Positions 9,615-19,825 of a stretch of DNA of 64,000 nucleotides are shown piece after piece. The stretch covers positions 64,019-128,018 of the forward strand of contig JAYRIM010000023.1 of assembly GCA_041906785.1 (NCBI GenBank), written 5' to 3'. Origin of the DNA: Candidatus Levyibacteriota bacterium (lineage in GTDB: Bacteria; Patescibacteriota; Microgenomatia; Levybacterales; UBA12049). The notes beneath the pieces are model-generated. The model saw only the letters and a list, made by a program, of their open reading frames with translations. It did no database searches and was not told the origin of the DNA. Positions within the stretch are counted from its first letter, which is position 1, and the number at the start of each line of letters is the position of its first letter. Both the position numbers and the translations under genes were made by a program.

Positions 9615-12028
9615 TATTGTACAGCAACTATAATAGTATTCCCTTCATCAGTCGTCATCGTAAGGGTATTACCACGTTGTATCTCATCACGAAGTTTTTT
9701 CTGTGCAATAATATCCTCAACAGTGTCCTGAATATATCGTCGTAAAGGACGAGCACCGAACTGTTGATTAAAGCCTTCTTTCATAACTTTATTAAGAAGT
9801 CTATCATCGTACGAAAATGTTATATCCTGTTCGGCCAATCGCTTTTTAATACCATCTAACATAATTCGTGCTATGGAGCCCATTTCTGCTTCTCCTAAAG
9901 GCTTAAAGATAATAACATCGTCAAATCTATTCAATAATTCAGGTCTAAATAAACCCTTTTTCTGCAATTCATCAAGTAATCTATTCGAAAATTCATCTGT
10001 GACAGCAGAACCCTTTTCAATCTCCTCACGAATAAATTCTGCTCCCGCGTTTGATGTAGCAATAACAATACTGCTCGCAAAACTTACTGTTCGCCCTTTA
10101 TTATCTGTCAATCGTCCATCTTCAAGTACTTGCAAGAATAAATCAAGAATTTTAGGATGCGCTTTTTCAAATTCGTCAAGAAGTACTAAAGAAAATGGAT
10201 GATCTGCAATTTTATCTGTTAGTTCACCCCGCTCTTGTCCTTCACCAGGAGGAGCCCCAAGTAGTCTTTTTTCTCCTTCTATATCTGAATATTCACTCAT
10301 ATCAAGACGTATCATTTTATCTTCTCCACCGAAATAAAGTTCTGCTAACGCTTTCGCTGTTTCTGTTTTACCTACGCCTGTTGGGCCAAGGAAGAGGAAT
10401 GAGATAGGCCGTTTCATTGTGGTCATCCCCGCACGTAATCTTCGCATCGCTTCTGCTATAGCACGAATAGCATCCTCCTGTGCAATAACTCGCTTGTGCA
10501 TCAATTCTTCAAGGTGTAGCAGTATATCTTTTTCTTTCGCCGTGGGTTGGGATATAACAATGTGCGTTTTTTCTTGTATTGCGGTAACAATATCATCACC
10601 TCCAACAAATACTGTTTTCGTCTTACTAAACAAACCGCCAGCACCATGACTACGTGATGCAACAGTGTGGGAAACATCTTCTAAAACATTTACAGCACTT
10701 CCAGGTAATGCAGCTTCCTGGAAAAATCTATCGGCGTAATCTACTGCATTTTCAATTGCTTTGTAAGTCAACACAACTCTATTTTTTTCTTCAACTGCCG
10801 ATGCCCTTTCGAGAACCATTTTCATAGCTGTATGTTTATCTGGCTCTTCTAACTTAATAACAGTAAATGCTTCGAGCAATGAACTTTTTTCAATAAATGT
10901 TTTAAAATTACCTACCGTGACTGTCCCAATAACAGGCGTTTTTCCGGAAGTTAGATAAGGATATAGTGCACCAGATAAATCAATTTCGTAGGATGACGAT
11001 CCTGTAATGTTCTGTAATTCAGGAATGTATATCACTACATTTCCTGAGTGACTAACTTCTTCAATGATGGCTTGTAAACGACTTTCTAATTCTGCACGAT
11101 TTGCAGCGCCTGCGATGAGAGGACCTACCATAAGCTCAAGAACCTTAATATGAGGAACGCTTAATGATGTACTGTGAAGAAAGCTTTCTGTTGCCAATAA
11201 AGATACAAGATTTTCTCTACCACTACCTGGATCACCAACTAAGAGTATACTATTATTTTCTCGTTTAGAAAGAGTCTCAAGCATCTGTATAAATTCTTTT
11301 TCCCTACCAGTAATTTCTGGTTTCTTTTCAAATGCTTCATAAGAAAAATTTACAGTATATTTTTTCGTCTCATATGTCCATCCAGTTGTGAGTCCTTCAC
11401 CAATTCCACTACCATACATATGAACACGGCGTTTTTTCGGTTTTTCCTCATAAGGATACATATGTCTTGCCCAAGAAAGAATTTGCATAAGTTCTTCTTG
11501 TTTCAGTTGATGATTGAAAAGCAATTTGGTTTGTTGTTCTGTTAAAAAAAGATACGATCCGAATATATCAATTGAAGTTATATATGTTCCGCGAACACTT
11601 TTCGCTAGTTCGGCTGCATAGGTTATAACCTGTGTTAATGGAATATCTAGCAGCTGTATCGATTGCTTTTCAACTGGAATTTTATTCATTATGAATTGGA
11701 CTTGTTCATAATCCAGTAAGGAATATACAACTTGTTTTGTATTCTGATATACCAAAATTTTTTCTAATGCCTCTCGAGTCATCGATTCATACCAATTTTG
11801 ATCTTTATTATTTACTACTGAAATAACGGGTAAAACCTTTGCTATTTTATGCCTAAAGAAAAGCTCGATCTGTAAAGTAACAGAAAGGAAAAAAAGTGGA
11901 AGTTTTATATTTCCATGTTCACGAAATGTATTAAAAAACCAAACAGAAATGAAAAAAAGAACAACGACTCGTAATGTTCTCATAAGCGCTGTCTTATAAA
12001 AGTGATAAATCTTTGTATACGCCACCAT
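9614..12028 (-). CDS. Clp/Hsp100 ATPase with hydrophobic N-terminus and degenerate D1 domain
   Basis: D2 intact (GPTGVGKT, RLDMSEY, LLDEFEKAH, PELLNRFD, GARPLRR); D1 Walker A GDPGSGRE, Walker B VIYIPE; start likely 12028 just after the upstream stop. Confidence 0.85.
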   Translation of the reverse strand: MVAYTKIYHFYKTALMRTLRVVVLFFISVWFFNTFREHGNIKLPLFFLSVTLQIELFFRHKIAKVLPVISVVNNKDQNWYESMTREALEKILVYQNTKQVVYSLLDYEQVQFIMNKIPVEKQSIQLLDIPLTQVITYAAELAKSVRGTYITSIDIFGSYLFLTEQQTKLLFNHQLKQEELMQILSWARHMYPYEEKPKKRRVHMYGSGIGEGLTTGWTYETKKYTVNFSYEAFEKKPEITGREKEFIQMLETLSKRENNSILLVGDPGSGRENLVSLLATESFLHSTSLSVPHIKVLELMVGPLIAGAANRAELESRLQAIIEEVSHSGNVVIYIPELQNITGSSSYEIDLSGALYPYLTSGKTPVIGTVTVGNFKTFIEKSSLLEAFTVIKLEEPDKHTAMKMVLERASAVEEKNRVVLTYKAIENAVDYADRFFQEAALPGSAVNVLEDVSHTVASRSHGAGGLFSKTKTVFVGGDDIVTAIQEKTHIVISQPTAKEKDILLHLEELMHKRVIAQEDAIRAIAEAMRRLRAGMTTMKRPISFLFLGPTGVGKTETAKALAELYFGGEDKMIRLDMSEYSDIEGEKRLLGAPPGEGQERGELTDKIADHPFSLVLLDEFEKAHPKILDLFLQVLEDGRLTDNKGRTVSFASSIVIATSNAGAEFIREEIEKGSAVTDEFSNRLLDELQKKGLFRPELLNRFDDVIIFKPLGEAEMGSIARIMLDGIKKRLAEQDITFSYDDRLLNKVMKEGFNQQFGARPLRRYIQDTVEDIIAQKKLRDEIQRGNTLTMTTDEGNTIIVAVQ

Positions 12029-12030
12029 AT

Positions 12031-12366
12031 TTAAAAATGTATAAAAAGCTGAACGATAGTTACAACAGGCCAGGCCAGAAATAAAAGGAGAAATGCAATT
12101 TGAAATATTAGGATAACTGATAATAAAAGGAAACTGATAAGGATAAGTAATGTTTTTATACCTATTCCCATTCCTATTGAAAACCAAATTAATCCTTGTC
12201 TATACTCATTTTTAAGAGGCTGGAAAAATGTACGAAGTAAAAGTGGTAAAGAAAATAATTGTAAAAATGCAGTGTTAAATGATAAAAAATAACGGATAAT
12301 TTCTTCAGGAGCTTCCCGATACCAAAATTTTAAAAAATCTATAGGAAGAAATAAATATGTTTGCAT
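12031..12366 (-). CDS. Small hypothetical membrane protein coupled to the Clp gene
   Basis: 111 aa, FS..LLLRTFFQPLK motif and long hydrophobic C-terminus; TATACT 6 nt before ATG. Confidence 0.75.
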   Translation of the reverse strand: MQTYLFLPIDFLKFWYREAPEEIIRYFLSFNTAFLQLFSLPLLLRTFFQPLKNEYRQGLIWFSIGMGIGIKTLLILISFLLLSVILIFQIAFLLLFLAWPVVTIVQLFIHF

Positions 12367-12405
12367 ATAGCTAGTATAGAAACGATATATGAAAATTACA
12401 AATAG

Positions 12406-12954
12406 CTAGCGTTTAATGAAGCTGAGTTTTTCAAACAAGAGAAAAGATGCGGCAACAGTTCCTGTAGACCAGATCTCTCCTTTCATAATCATACGATATA
12501 CCTCTTCAAACGATAATGTTAAGAGTTCAATATCTTCTGTTATTTCAAGTACTGGTTTTTGTTTTAAAAAAACATCTTTCGCAATAAACATATAAATGTT
12601 ACCTAGTTCTTTGGAAGGATTGTGATTGAACTTTGCTAAAAAGGAGATGGAATCGGATGTGTATCCTGTTTCTTCTAATAATTCTCTTTTTGCAGCTTCG
12701 AATGGGATTTCGTTTTCATCAATATATCCTGCAGGATATTCAATCATAAACTCTCCAACTGCGTGTTTGTACTGTTTTTCTAGAATCAACTTATAATCTT
12801 TCGTTACAGGAATTACCTGTGCAACAGATTTATCCTGCCAAATATAATAGTCGTCAAGAATTTTCCCATTTGGAAGTTGGACTGTGTCCTGGCGAACTTT
12901 AAACCACTTATGATCAAGAGCGAGTCGAGAAGAAAGAGTTTTCCATTTCTTCAT
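12406..12954 (-). CDS. NUDIX hydrolase (ADP-ribose pyrophosphatase-like)
   Basis: Nudix box PAGYIDENE...AAKRELLEETGY. Confidence 0.92.
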   Translation of the reverse strand: MKKWKTLSSRLALDHKWFKVRQDTVQLPNGKILDDYYIWQDKSVAQVIPVTKDYKLILEKQYKHAVGEFMIEYPAGYIDENEIPFEAAKRELLEETGYTSDSISFLAKFNHNPSKELGNIYMFIAKDVFLKQKPVLEITEDIELLTLSFEEVYRMIMKGEIWSTGTVAASFLLFEKLSFIKR

Positions 12955-12982
12955 ATGAATTCCACACAGTATCTCATGTATA

Positions 12983-13321
12983 TTAATCCTTTGCAAGGCT
13001 ATTTAGAAAAGAAGAAATAATGGAAAGAAGGACACTAAATAATAAAGCCCACCAAAAAGAGTTTACTCGAAATCCTTCAATAAGAAGGTCTGTAAGAGAA
13101 ATCATTAATGCATTGAGAACAAGCGCAAAAACACCCAATGTAACCAATGTTATGGGGAGTGTTAGGAAAAACAGAATTGGCTTAATTGAGGCGTTAATAA
13201 TGCCTAATACCAATGCAACAATTAAAGCAGTTACAAACGAATCAACATACACTCCTGGTAATAAATATGCCGCAACGAAAACAGCCATTCCACTTATAAA
13301 CCAGTTAATTAATATTTTCAT
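12983..13321 (-). CDS. YvlD/DUF360 4-TM membrane protein ('phage holin' family)
   Basis: LGIINASIKPILFFLTLPITLVTLGVFALVLNA. Confidence 0.88.
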   Translation of the reverse strand: MKILINWFISGMAVFVAAYLLPGVYVDSFVTALIVALVLGIINASIKPILFFLTLPITLVTLGVFALVLNALMISLTDLLIEGFRVNSFWWALLFSVLLSIISSFLNSLAKD

Positions 13322-14979
13322 GATGATTCATGTAATCCATCTACACCTGAAGCATTTATTTCCCCATTTTCTAGTACAGAAACATGAGCTTGTTCGTTCG
13401 CATAGTTTTGTGAGCCTAGACCTACTGTAGCACTTGTTCCTCCTGCCACATATGCTCCACCTGAAGCATAGTTTGGCGGCGGAGTACCTTGAATGAATTG
13501 ATTTGTAAATGATTGATTAGTTTGCACAGATGGCTCATCAGACGGATTTATAGAAGGTGTTGCTGTTGGGTGAGTCGAATCTGGAGACAAAACACTTAAA
13601 GGATCAAAAGATGTCGCTACTGTAGGCGCTGATTGGCCCGTCGAAGGAACTGTCTGCTGTCCATAAACATAAGGTTGCTGTGATAACTGTGGCGTTTGAG
13701 TACTAGAAACTTGAGGTTGAGTATGCTGATCAGGTTGGTCTGTTGTTGGCTGAACCGTGGGGTTGTTTGTCTCCAAAGTAGCTTGAGCTGGCTGTTTTCC
13801 ACCTTCAGGTTTTTTAAACAAGAATTGGTTTGTTCTCGTGTCGTAATCTATCACAATAGTATCTCCTTGAACAAATTGTTTCCCGATGATTTGCAGCGCT
13901 ATTGGATTTTCTATAGATGTCTGGATTAACCTGCGCAACGGACGAGCACCGTACATTGGGTCATAACCTTCTTGTGCAAGCTTATTTAATGCTCTATCGG
14001 TTACTTTTACTGCAAATCCTTGTTCTTTTAATAATTTTGCAGTTTTTTCAAGACCTCGTTTCGCAATACCTACCATATCAGATCTCTGCAGTGGTTTAAA
14101 AATAACAATATCATCATAACGATTAAGTAATTCTGGCCGGAAAAATTTCCGTAGTTCAGTATTAACGACTGTTGATAGTTCAGCAAAATCTTTTTCATAT
14201 TGTTCTTTTGATTTTTCTTTTTTCGCATCTTGTTCACCTAATTTTTCAGTGATCATACCACTACCTATATTAGATGTACAAATGACTATAGTGTTTTTAA
14301 AGGATATCGTATTTCCTTTATTATCAGTTAAACGTCCGTCTTCTAAAAGCTGTAACAGAATATTAAAAACATCAGGATGTGCTTTTTCAACTTCATCAAG
14401 AAGGACTATTGAATATGGTTTCGCTCGAACTGCTTCGGTTAATTGTCCACCTTCTTCATATCCTACATACCCAGGAGGAGCGCCTATTAACTTAGCCACT
14501 TCATGTTTTTCCATATACTCTGACATATCTAAACGAACCATTGCATCATCACGTCCGAATAAAATTTCAGCAAGAGTTTTTGCTAATTCTGTCTTTCCTG
14601 TTCCGGAAGGTCCTAAAAATATAAAAGAGGCAATAGGTCTCTGTCCGCTTGCTAAACCAATTCTGCCACGGCGTACTGCTTCTGCAACTTTAACCACTGC
14701 TTCTTCCTGATCAACAAGTCGAAGATGGATTCTATCTTCAAGTTGCAAGAGTTTTGCGCTTTCATCCTCTGTCAACTTAGAAATTGGTATCCCTGTCCAA
14801 CTACTTACCACATTTTCAACATCACGCTTTGTAACAGCCATGCTATTTTCAACAGGTTCTGGTGTAGTTTGCTTACTCGGTGTAGGTGTACCAGGAGCAG
14901 CAGAAACTGGCTGGACTTCTGTCGCTTGTTGTTTTTCTTCTTTTACATTTACTGTATTTTGGGTATTTTTATCGTTCAT
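13318..14979 (-). CDS. ClpB/ClpC C-terminal half (D2 AAA+ module) with disordered termini
   Basis: VSSWTGIPISKL, GPSGTGKTELAK, LIGAPPGYVGYEEGGQLTE, LLDEVEKAH, YGARPLRR. Confidence 0.92.
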   Translation of the reverse strand: MNDKNTQNTVNVKEEKQQATEVQPVSAAPGTPTPSKQTTPEPVENSMAVTKRDVENVVSSWTGIPISKLTEDESAKLLQLEDRIHLRLVDQEEAVVKVAEAVRRGRIGLASGQRPIASFIFLGPSGTGKTELAKTLAEILFGRDDAMVRLDMSEYMEKHEVAKLIGAPPGYVGYEEGGQLTEAVRAKPYSIVLLDEVEKAHPDVFNILLQLLEDGRLTDNKGNTISFKNTIVICTSNIGSGMITEKLGEQDAKKEKSKEQYEKDFAELSTVVNTELRKFFRPELLNRYDDIVIFKPLQRSDMVGIAKRGLEKTAKLLKEQGFAVKVTDRALNKLAQEGYDPMYGARPLRRLIQTSIENPIALQIIGKQFVQGDTIVIDYDTRTNQFLFKKPEGGKQPAQATLETNNPTVQPTTDQPDQHTQPQVSSTQTPQLSQQPYVYGQQTVPSTGQSAPTVATSFDPLSVLSPDSTHPTATPSINPSDEPSVQTNQSFTNQFIQGTPPPNYASGGAYVAGGTSATVGLGSQNYANEQAHVSVLENGEINASGVDGLHESS

Positions 14980-14981
14980 AT

Positions 14982-16628
14982 TTATACAGTTGGTGGTGGC
15001 GCAAAATCAGCAACTGTTGGCGCGCCATATCCTTGGATAGCACCTACTGGTCCATTTCCAATTTGTTCTTGCGCACTTGGTTCTGAGACACTCATCGGCG
15101 CACCTGGAGCAATTGACTCTTGCTCTGCCACCTCTTCTTTTGGTTTCTCTGTTTCTGTTTCTTTTTTATCAGAGCCAGGCTCAGTTTTAATTACTTCTAC
15201 TAATTCCTGCTGTGAATCTGTTTTATTTGAACCGATACGAGGAAGATGCGTTTCAGAACGGCCAAGTTTCACCCATGCAGCTGCTTCATCAAGTAAATCA
15301 ACAGCTTTATCAGGAAGATATCGCTCACCAATATATTTCTTAGATAATTTCACTGCTGCTTCAATTGTTGCATCGCTGATCGTAACACCATGGAACCGCT
15401 CATATTTAGACTTTAACACTTTTAACATCTCCATTGCTGCTTCTTCACTTGGCTCTTCAGCAAGCACAGGCTGGAATCGTCGCTCTAAGGCTTTATCTTT
15501 CTCAAAATTTTTTCTATATTCCATAGTAGTTGTCGCACCAATAATTTGCAATTGGCCACGAGCCAAATGAGGTTTAATTATATTTGACGCATTCATCGAA
15601 TCTCCACCGTCTCCCCCCGCACCCATAAGAATATGAATTTCATCAATAAAAAGAATAACTTGTCCAGCAGCAGCCATCGCTTCCTGGATGACAGTTCGTA
15701 ACCGTTCTTCAAATTCTCCACGATGACTCGCACCCGCAACAATAGATGATAAATCTAACTGAATAATCCGTTTATTAAGTAATTCTTTCGGTGCACTTCC
15801 AGCGACTATCGCTTGCGCTAATCCTTCTATAATGGCAGTTTTTCCTACACCTGCTTCTCCGATAATAATCGGGTTGTTTTTTGTTCTTCTGAGTAGGATA
15901 TGAACAAGTCTGTCAATCTCTTTATCTCTTCCGGCAATTGGATCTAGTTTACCTTCACGAGCTTGCTGGGTTAAATCAATACCAAACCGATCTAATACTG
16001 ACTTTTTCCCATATGCAGACCCATGGGTTTTGGCTAATTTATCCTGAACCTGTTCTTTCTGCATACCTTGTGTCTGTAATAAATTTGAAGTAGGTAACGT
16101 GTCTGAATATAAAGCTAATAATACATCCTCAGGTGTTATAAATGCGGATTCGCGGGATTTCGCATCTCGATACGCTTGTTCGAACACTTGTCTCGACTTA
16201 TCACTGAGGGTGGGCTGTCCCATAAATGATCCTGGTTGTTCTTTACTTTGAATTTCTCTGGTGACTTTTGCTGGATCAACAGAAAAATCTTCAAGTAATT
16301 TAAAAATATCTTCATCATAGAGTAAACCTATGAGAATCTGTTCAGGCTCAATAAAAGGTTGTCTAATTCTTTTCGTTTCCTCCTGTGCGTGTTGAAGAAC
16401 CTGTGTTGCTCGTTGATCTAAATGAGAAAGCGCTGACAAGTTTTGACGAAATGAAGCATTCATTTTAGAACCACCCATCTCTATCTGAGGATTCTGGGGT
16501 GGGGTATTGATGCCTCCACTACCGGACGATTGCATACCTGGCTGCTGTTGAGGGACACCTGCAGCCTGCGATTGCTGCATTGGTGGTGTTTCCTGTTTTT
16601 TAGATTGACTAAATAAATTACCAAACAT
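14982..16628 (-). CDS. ClpB/ClpC N-terminal half (Clp-N repeats plus D1 AAA+ module)
   Basis: [61 protein letters not shown]. Confidence 0.92.
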   Translation of the reverse strand: MFGNLFSQSKKQETPPMQQSQAAGVPQQQPGMQSSGSGGINTPPQNPQIEMGGSKMNASFRQNLSALSHLDQRATQVLQHAQEETKRIRQPFIEPEQILIGLLYDEDIFKLLEDFSVDPAKVTREIQSKEQPGSFMGQPTLSDKSRQVFEQAYRDAKSRESAFITPEDVLLALYSDTLPTSNLLQTQGMQKEQVQDKLAKTHGSAYGKKSVLDRFGIDLTQQAREGKLDPIAGRDKEIDRLVHILLRRTKNNPIIIGEAGVGKTAIIEGLAQAIVAGSAPKELLNKRIIQLDLSSIVAGASHRGEFEERLRTVIQEAMAAAGQVILFIDEIHILMGAGGDGGDSMNASNIIKPHLARGQLQIIGATTTMEYRKNFEKDKALERRFQPVLAEEPSEEAAMEMLKVLKSKYERFHGVTISDATIEAAVKLSKKYIGERYLPDKAVDLLDEAAAWVKLGRSETHLPRIGSNKTDSQQELVEVIKTEPGSDKKETETEKPKEEVAEQESIAPGAPMSVSEPSAQEQIGNGPVGAIQGYGAPTVADFAPPPTV

Positions 16629-16683
16629 AGTACTTACTTACCATTGTGTCGTCTTTCACAAGAATCGTCAAGTCCTCTGCCAT

Positions 16684-17055
16684 TTAACCGAATCCAGGGA
16701 TTTTAAGAATATCTTGTGTGATAACTTCGATGAACAGAAATCCAAAAACAGCGAGAAATAATCCTATTAGCGCATACATAATATAACTTTTTCCATTACT
16801 TAACTGTTGTGGATTACCTCTAGAAGTCATGATTAAATATCCGCCTATAATGATAAATAATAAAGAAAGACCACCAACTAGTCCTAAGCCCCATTTGTAA
16901 TATGTCTCAACAAATGAACCGACATCTGTGGGAATACAACCAAGATCTGATTTCACGCAGTTATCTTCTGCCAATGCATACGGGAGAGTATTTTTATTCG
17001 TTAGAAAAAACGAGAGGAAAAATAGAAAAAATAAGCCACGTTTAAAGGCAGTCAT
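16684..17055 (-). CDS. TrbC/VirB2-like pilin of CPR type
   Basis: Signal peptide, C..SDLGCIPT, two hydrophobic helices linked by GGY..MTSRGNP....GK..I..ALIGL. Confidence 0.7.
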   Translation of the reverse strand: MTAFKRGLFFLFFLSFFLTNKNTLPYALAEDNCVKSDLGCIPTDVGSFVETYYKWGLGLVGGLSLLFIIIGGYLIMTSRGNPQQLSNGKSYIMYALIGLFLAVFGFLFIEVITQDILKIPGFG

Positions 17056-17163
17056 ATATTCATCGTAACAGAGGATAAACAGAATTACAACATTGCACAA
17101 AATAAAGCTTGATTGCCTGTCTTATCAAAGAAAATGATAAGACAATACAATATCTTAAGTTAT

Positions 17164-18048
17164 CTATATTTGATACTTTTTTAACTTATTTGAATAATGA
17201 TTGAGAACAGATTTTCTATAATCAAATGGATGAAATGCTAAAAATGCGTCAGTTACTACTTCTGTCGTTAACGTCTTTCGTATCGAAAACAATTGAATTT
17301 TTTTTAAGAACAAATTTAATAAATAGAAGGCGGGCAGTACACTTACCATAAACAAATTTTTAACCAAACTTACTCTTTTCTGATAAAACAGTCTTTTCTC
17401 TTTTACATTTGGCATAAAAGCATATATCCACGCATTTTCTTGAAGGAGTTTTCTATATATATGTTTTTTATCCACAAGAGGATAAAGTTGTGCTAATTCA
17501 TGAGCTGTATAAACATCTTGCCGGTTTTTAGGAAAAACACATGAGTTCTCATCGATCATCATATTAATACACACGGTATTACTCTCATTATGCTGGTTTT
17601 TCTTCCTACGCACACCTAAAAACTCTAAGAGTATTAACATTAAGAAGCGAGAAATCCACAGGGTTTTTTTACTAGCAATAATAAAAAAATCTATATCATC
17701 ATCTCTTTCTGCGTTTTTTGCTGCTAGACTTCCACTTATCCCTATAAACTGTATGGTCGGGATGTTAGATAGTATATTTGCAATTTTTTTAGCTAAAGCA
17801 ATTTTTTTTCGATTCTCGTACTGTAATGAAATTCGTCTTTCAATAATAGATTCTCTATCTGCAAAAGAAAAAAATCCTCTTTTTTGAACGATTATGTCTT
17901 TTAAACTGTTAAGTGCTTTATTAAAATCTCCTTTATGTATTGGTTTTTTACTTTTTAAGTAATACCAAAGTTCCTTTTTCGTTAAAGGATAATTAAATAA
18001 ATCACTATAAATCAATGTCTGTAGAACTTGTTTTCTATAATATTCCAT
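17164..18048 (-). CDS. Pol-beta-type nucleotidyltransferase domain protein
   Basis: ISGSLA.......DDIDFFII motif; N-terminal Y.D.F.YPLT..E. Confidence 0.7.
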   Translation of the reverse strand: MEYYRKQVLQTLIYSDLFNYPLTKKELWYYLKSKKPIHKGDFNKALNSLKDIIVQKRGFFSFADRESIIERRISLQYENRKKIALAKKIANILSNIPTIQFIGISGSLAAKNAERDDDIDFFIIASKKTLWISRFLMLILLEFLGVRRKKNQHNESNTVCINMMIDENSCVFPKNRQDVYTAHELAQLYPLVDKKHIYRKLLQENAWIYAFMPNVKEKRLFYQKRVSLVKNLFMVSVLPAFYLLNLFLKKIQLFSIRKTLTTEVVTDAFLAFHPFDYRKSVLNHYSNKLKKYQI

Positions 18049-19723
18049 TTTTGGTGAAGACTGTTTTTACTCCATTAATAATGGTACTTACAGCAGACTC
18101 TATAGACGTATAAGAAAAAATCGCTTGTATCGCACGAGAAAGATACTCATTTAAATCTTCCGTAAATGTATCATCGTATGTATCACTCGCAAAGTAGCTT
18201 GATTTGGCATAGGGTGCTTGCTCAATAAATCGATATACCATTGGATTATTTTTTAACGACTCTGCCAAATCCTTTCTCGCATAAGGAGTACCAAATGCTC
18301 TTGTCTTACTACTTTCCGTATATAATTTTTGCACGACATCTTTTTCGCTTAAATATTTTAGAAACAATAATGCTTCTTTCTGATGTTGACTTTTCTTCGA
18401 CACACCATTTACCCAATAACTCGCTATAGTCATCTTGTCATGTTTCGGGATATAGGGGACAGGATATAGATCAAATTTTAAATTGACACCATTTTCTTTA
18501 CTTATTTTTTGAATGCTAAAAATATCCCAAGAGAAACCAAAATAAAATCCTACCTTTCCCTTAGCAAAAGCCGTCATAGAAGTGTTGGTTTTATCATTCG
18601 GATCCCACGTTCTATCTGAACTCGAAGCAAAAGGTGTATAGAATCGTAATGCAGCAACCATACTATCTGAAGTTTCAGCTAACTGATCAAATTTCATTCC
18701 ACTTTGTAAAAAAAGGAGAGAAACTATATCTGCTGCATGATTTATATTGTCGTAGGCTCCCATCGCAGCTCCTGAAATTGTGATTTTGTTATTATCTTTT
18801 GTCGTCATAGTCTTTGCAGCAATACTGAACTGATCCCATGTTTGCGGAATCTGAATCTGTGCAGCATTAAATATCTGCCTATTAACAAAAAGTGTAAGCG
18901 TATCAATGCCTTGGGGAATGCCATAGATTGCACCATTCAGAACCAGATCATCTAGAACAACTGGATAATACGTTGCCTTAAAATCATCTAACGTCACAAC
19001 ATCACTTGGCAATGGTAGTAAGACTTCCTGAAGAGTTGGTACCCATGTATTATGATAAGTAAACACATCAGGTGCCGTATTCGTCGTAGTTCTCCCTAGG
19101 ACTCTATCTTTATATTGTTTTTTATCGCGTTTTTCATATACCACTTTAATACCCGGATATTTTTTCTCAAAGTCATCGATAATAGGCTTTAGAGTCTTCG
19201 CATCTTCCCATAACCCCCAATAAGTAATTGTCGCATTGTTATACTTTTTATCACCAGAGAAAAAGCGAGATACTCCTCCTATAAGTAATGCTAAAACTAC
19301 GAGTATACCTATTCCTCCAAAAACCATTTTTAAAATTTTACTTCTAAGCGGACCAGCCATTGGCGGCGCTGAATCAGGAAGATTTCCTCCCATACTGTCA
19401 GGCGGAACATCAGGTGGAGGAGGCTCAGCCGGTCCTGATGCTTGTGGTAGTGGTTGCTCTACCGATGTTTCCTCTTGAGGTAGTGGTGGGGGTAGTATTT
19501 CTTCTGTTGGCTGTTGTGTACTATCAGGTTGTGCGACATCAGTCTGCGTAACTGGCGGAGATGGCTCTGAAACAGACTGTTCTACTGGCTGCGGAGGTTG
19601 TGATGCAGATGGTCCATATAAATCTTGCACTGTTATCCTCGGAGAATCTTGTGTAGCTGGTTGATTTCCTGCACTCTGGTCATTATTTGGTGGATTGTAG
19701 ACTACATTATTGTTTTCATCCAT
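18035..19723 (-). CDS. Family-1 extracellular solute-binding protein with Pro/Gln-rich N-terminus and TM anchor
   Basis: ITYWGLWED, APDVF, IYGIP..IDTLTLFVN, PQTWDQF. Confidence 0.85.
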   Translation of the reverse strand: MDENNNVVYNPPNNDQSAGNQPATQDSPRITVQDLYGPSASQPPQPVEQSVSEPSPPVTQTDVAQPDSTQQPTEEILPPPLPQEETSVEQPLPQASGPAEPPPPDVPPDSMGGNLPDSAPPMAGPLRSKILKMVFGGIGILVVLALLIGGVSRFFSGDKKYNNATITYWGLWEDAKTLKPIIDDFEKKYPGIKVVYEKRDKKQYKDRVLGRTTTNTAPDVFTYHNTWVPTLQEVLLPLPSDVVTLDDFKATYYPVVLDDLVLNGAIYGIPQGIDTLTLFVNRQIFNAAQIQIPQTWDQFSIAAKTMTTKDNNKITISGAAMGAYDNINHAADIVSLLFLQSGMKFDQLAETSDSMVAALRFYTPFASSSDRTWDPNDKTNTSMTAFAKGKVGFYFGFSWDIFSIQKISKENGVNLKFDLYPVPYIPKHDKMTIASYWVNGVSKKSQHQKEALLFLKYLSEKDVVQKLYTESSKTRAFGTPYARKDLAESLKNNPMVYRFIEQAPYAKSSYFASDTYDDTFTEDLNEYLSRAIQAIFSYTSIESAVSTIINGVKTVFTKNGIL

Positions 19724-19825
19724 AGCATTTTTTAATTGTCGTTTATATATATGGTTAGGTAATAAATTTAGGGAGATTCAATACCGATTTTATAGTATAA
19801 TACCAAAGGGTACTTACGCAATATT

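Noticed and set aside
12983-13321. Prophage suggested by the 'phage holin' family label
   Set aside because: YvlD/DUF360 genes are common chromosomal genes; no phage genes nearby.
14960-15000. Pseudogene or programmed frameshift explanation for the split Clp
   Set aside because: No slippery site, both halves keep all motifs, the junction is a tidy stop-2nt-ATG and no middle-domain remnant is apparent. Not fully excluded without reads.
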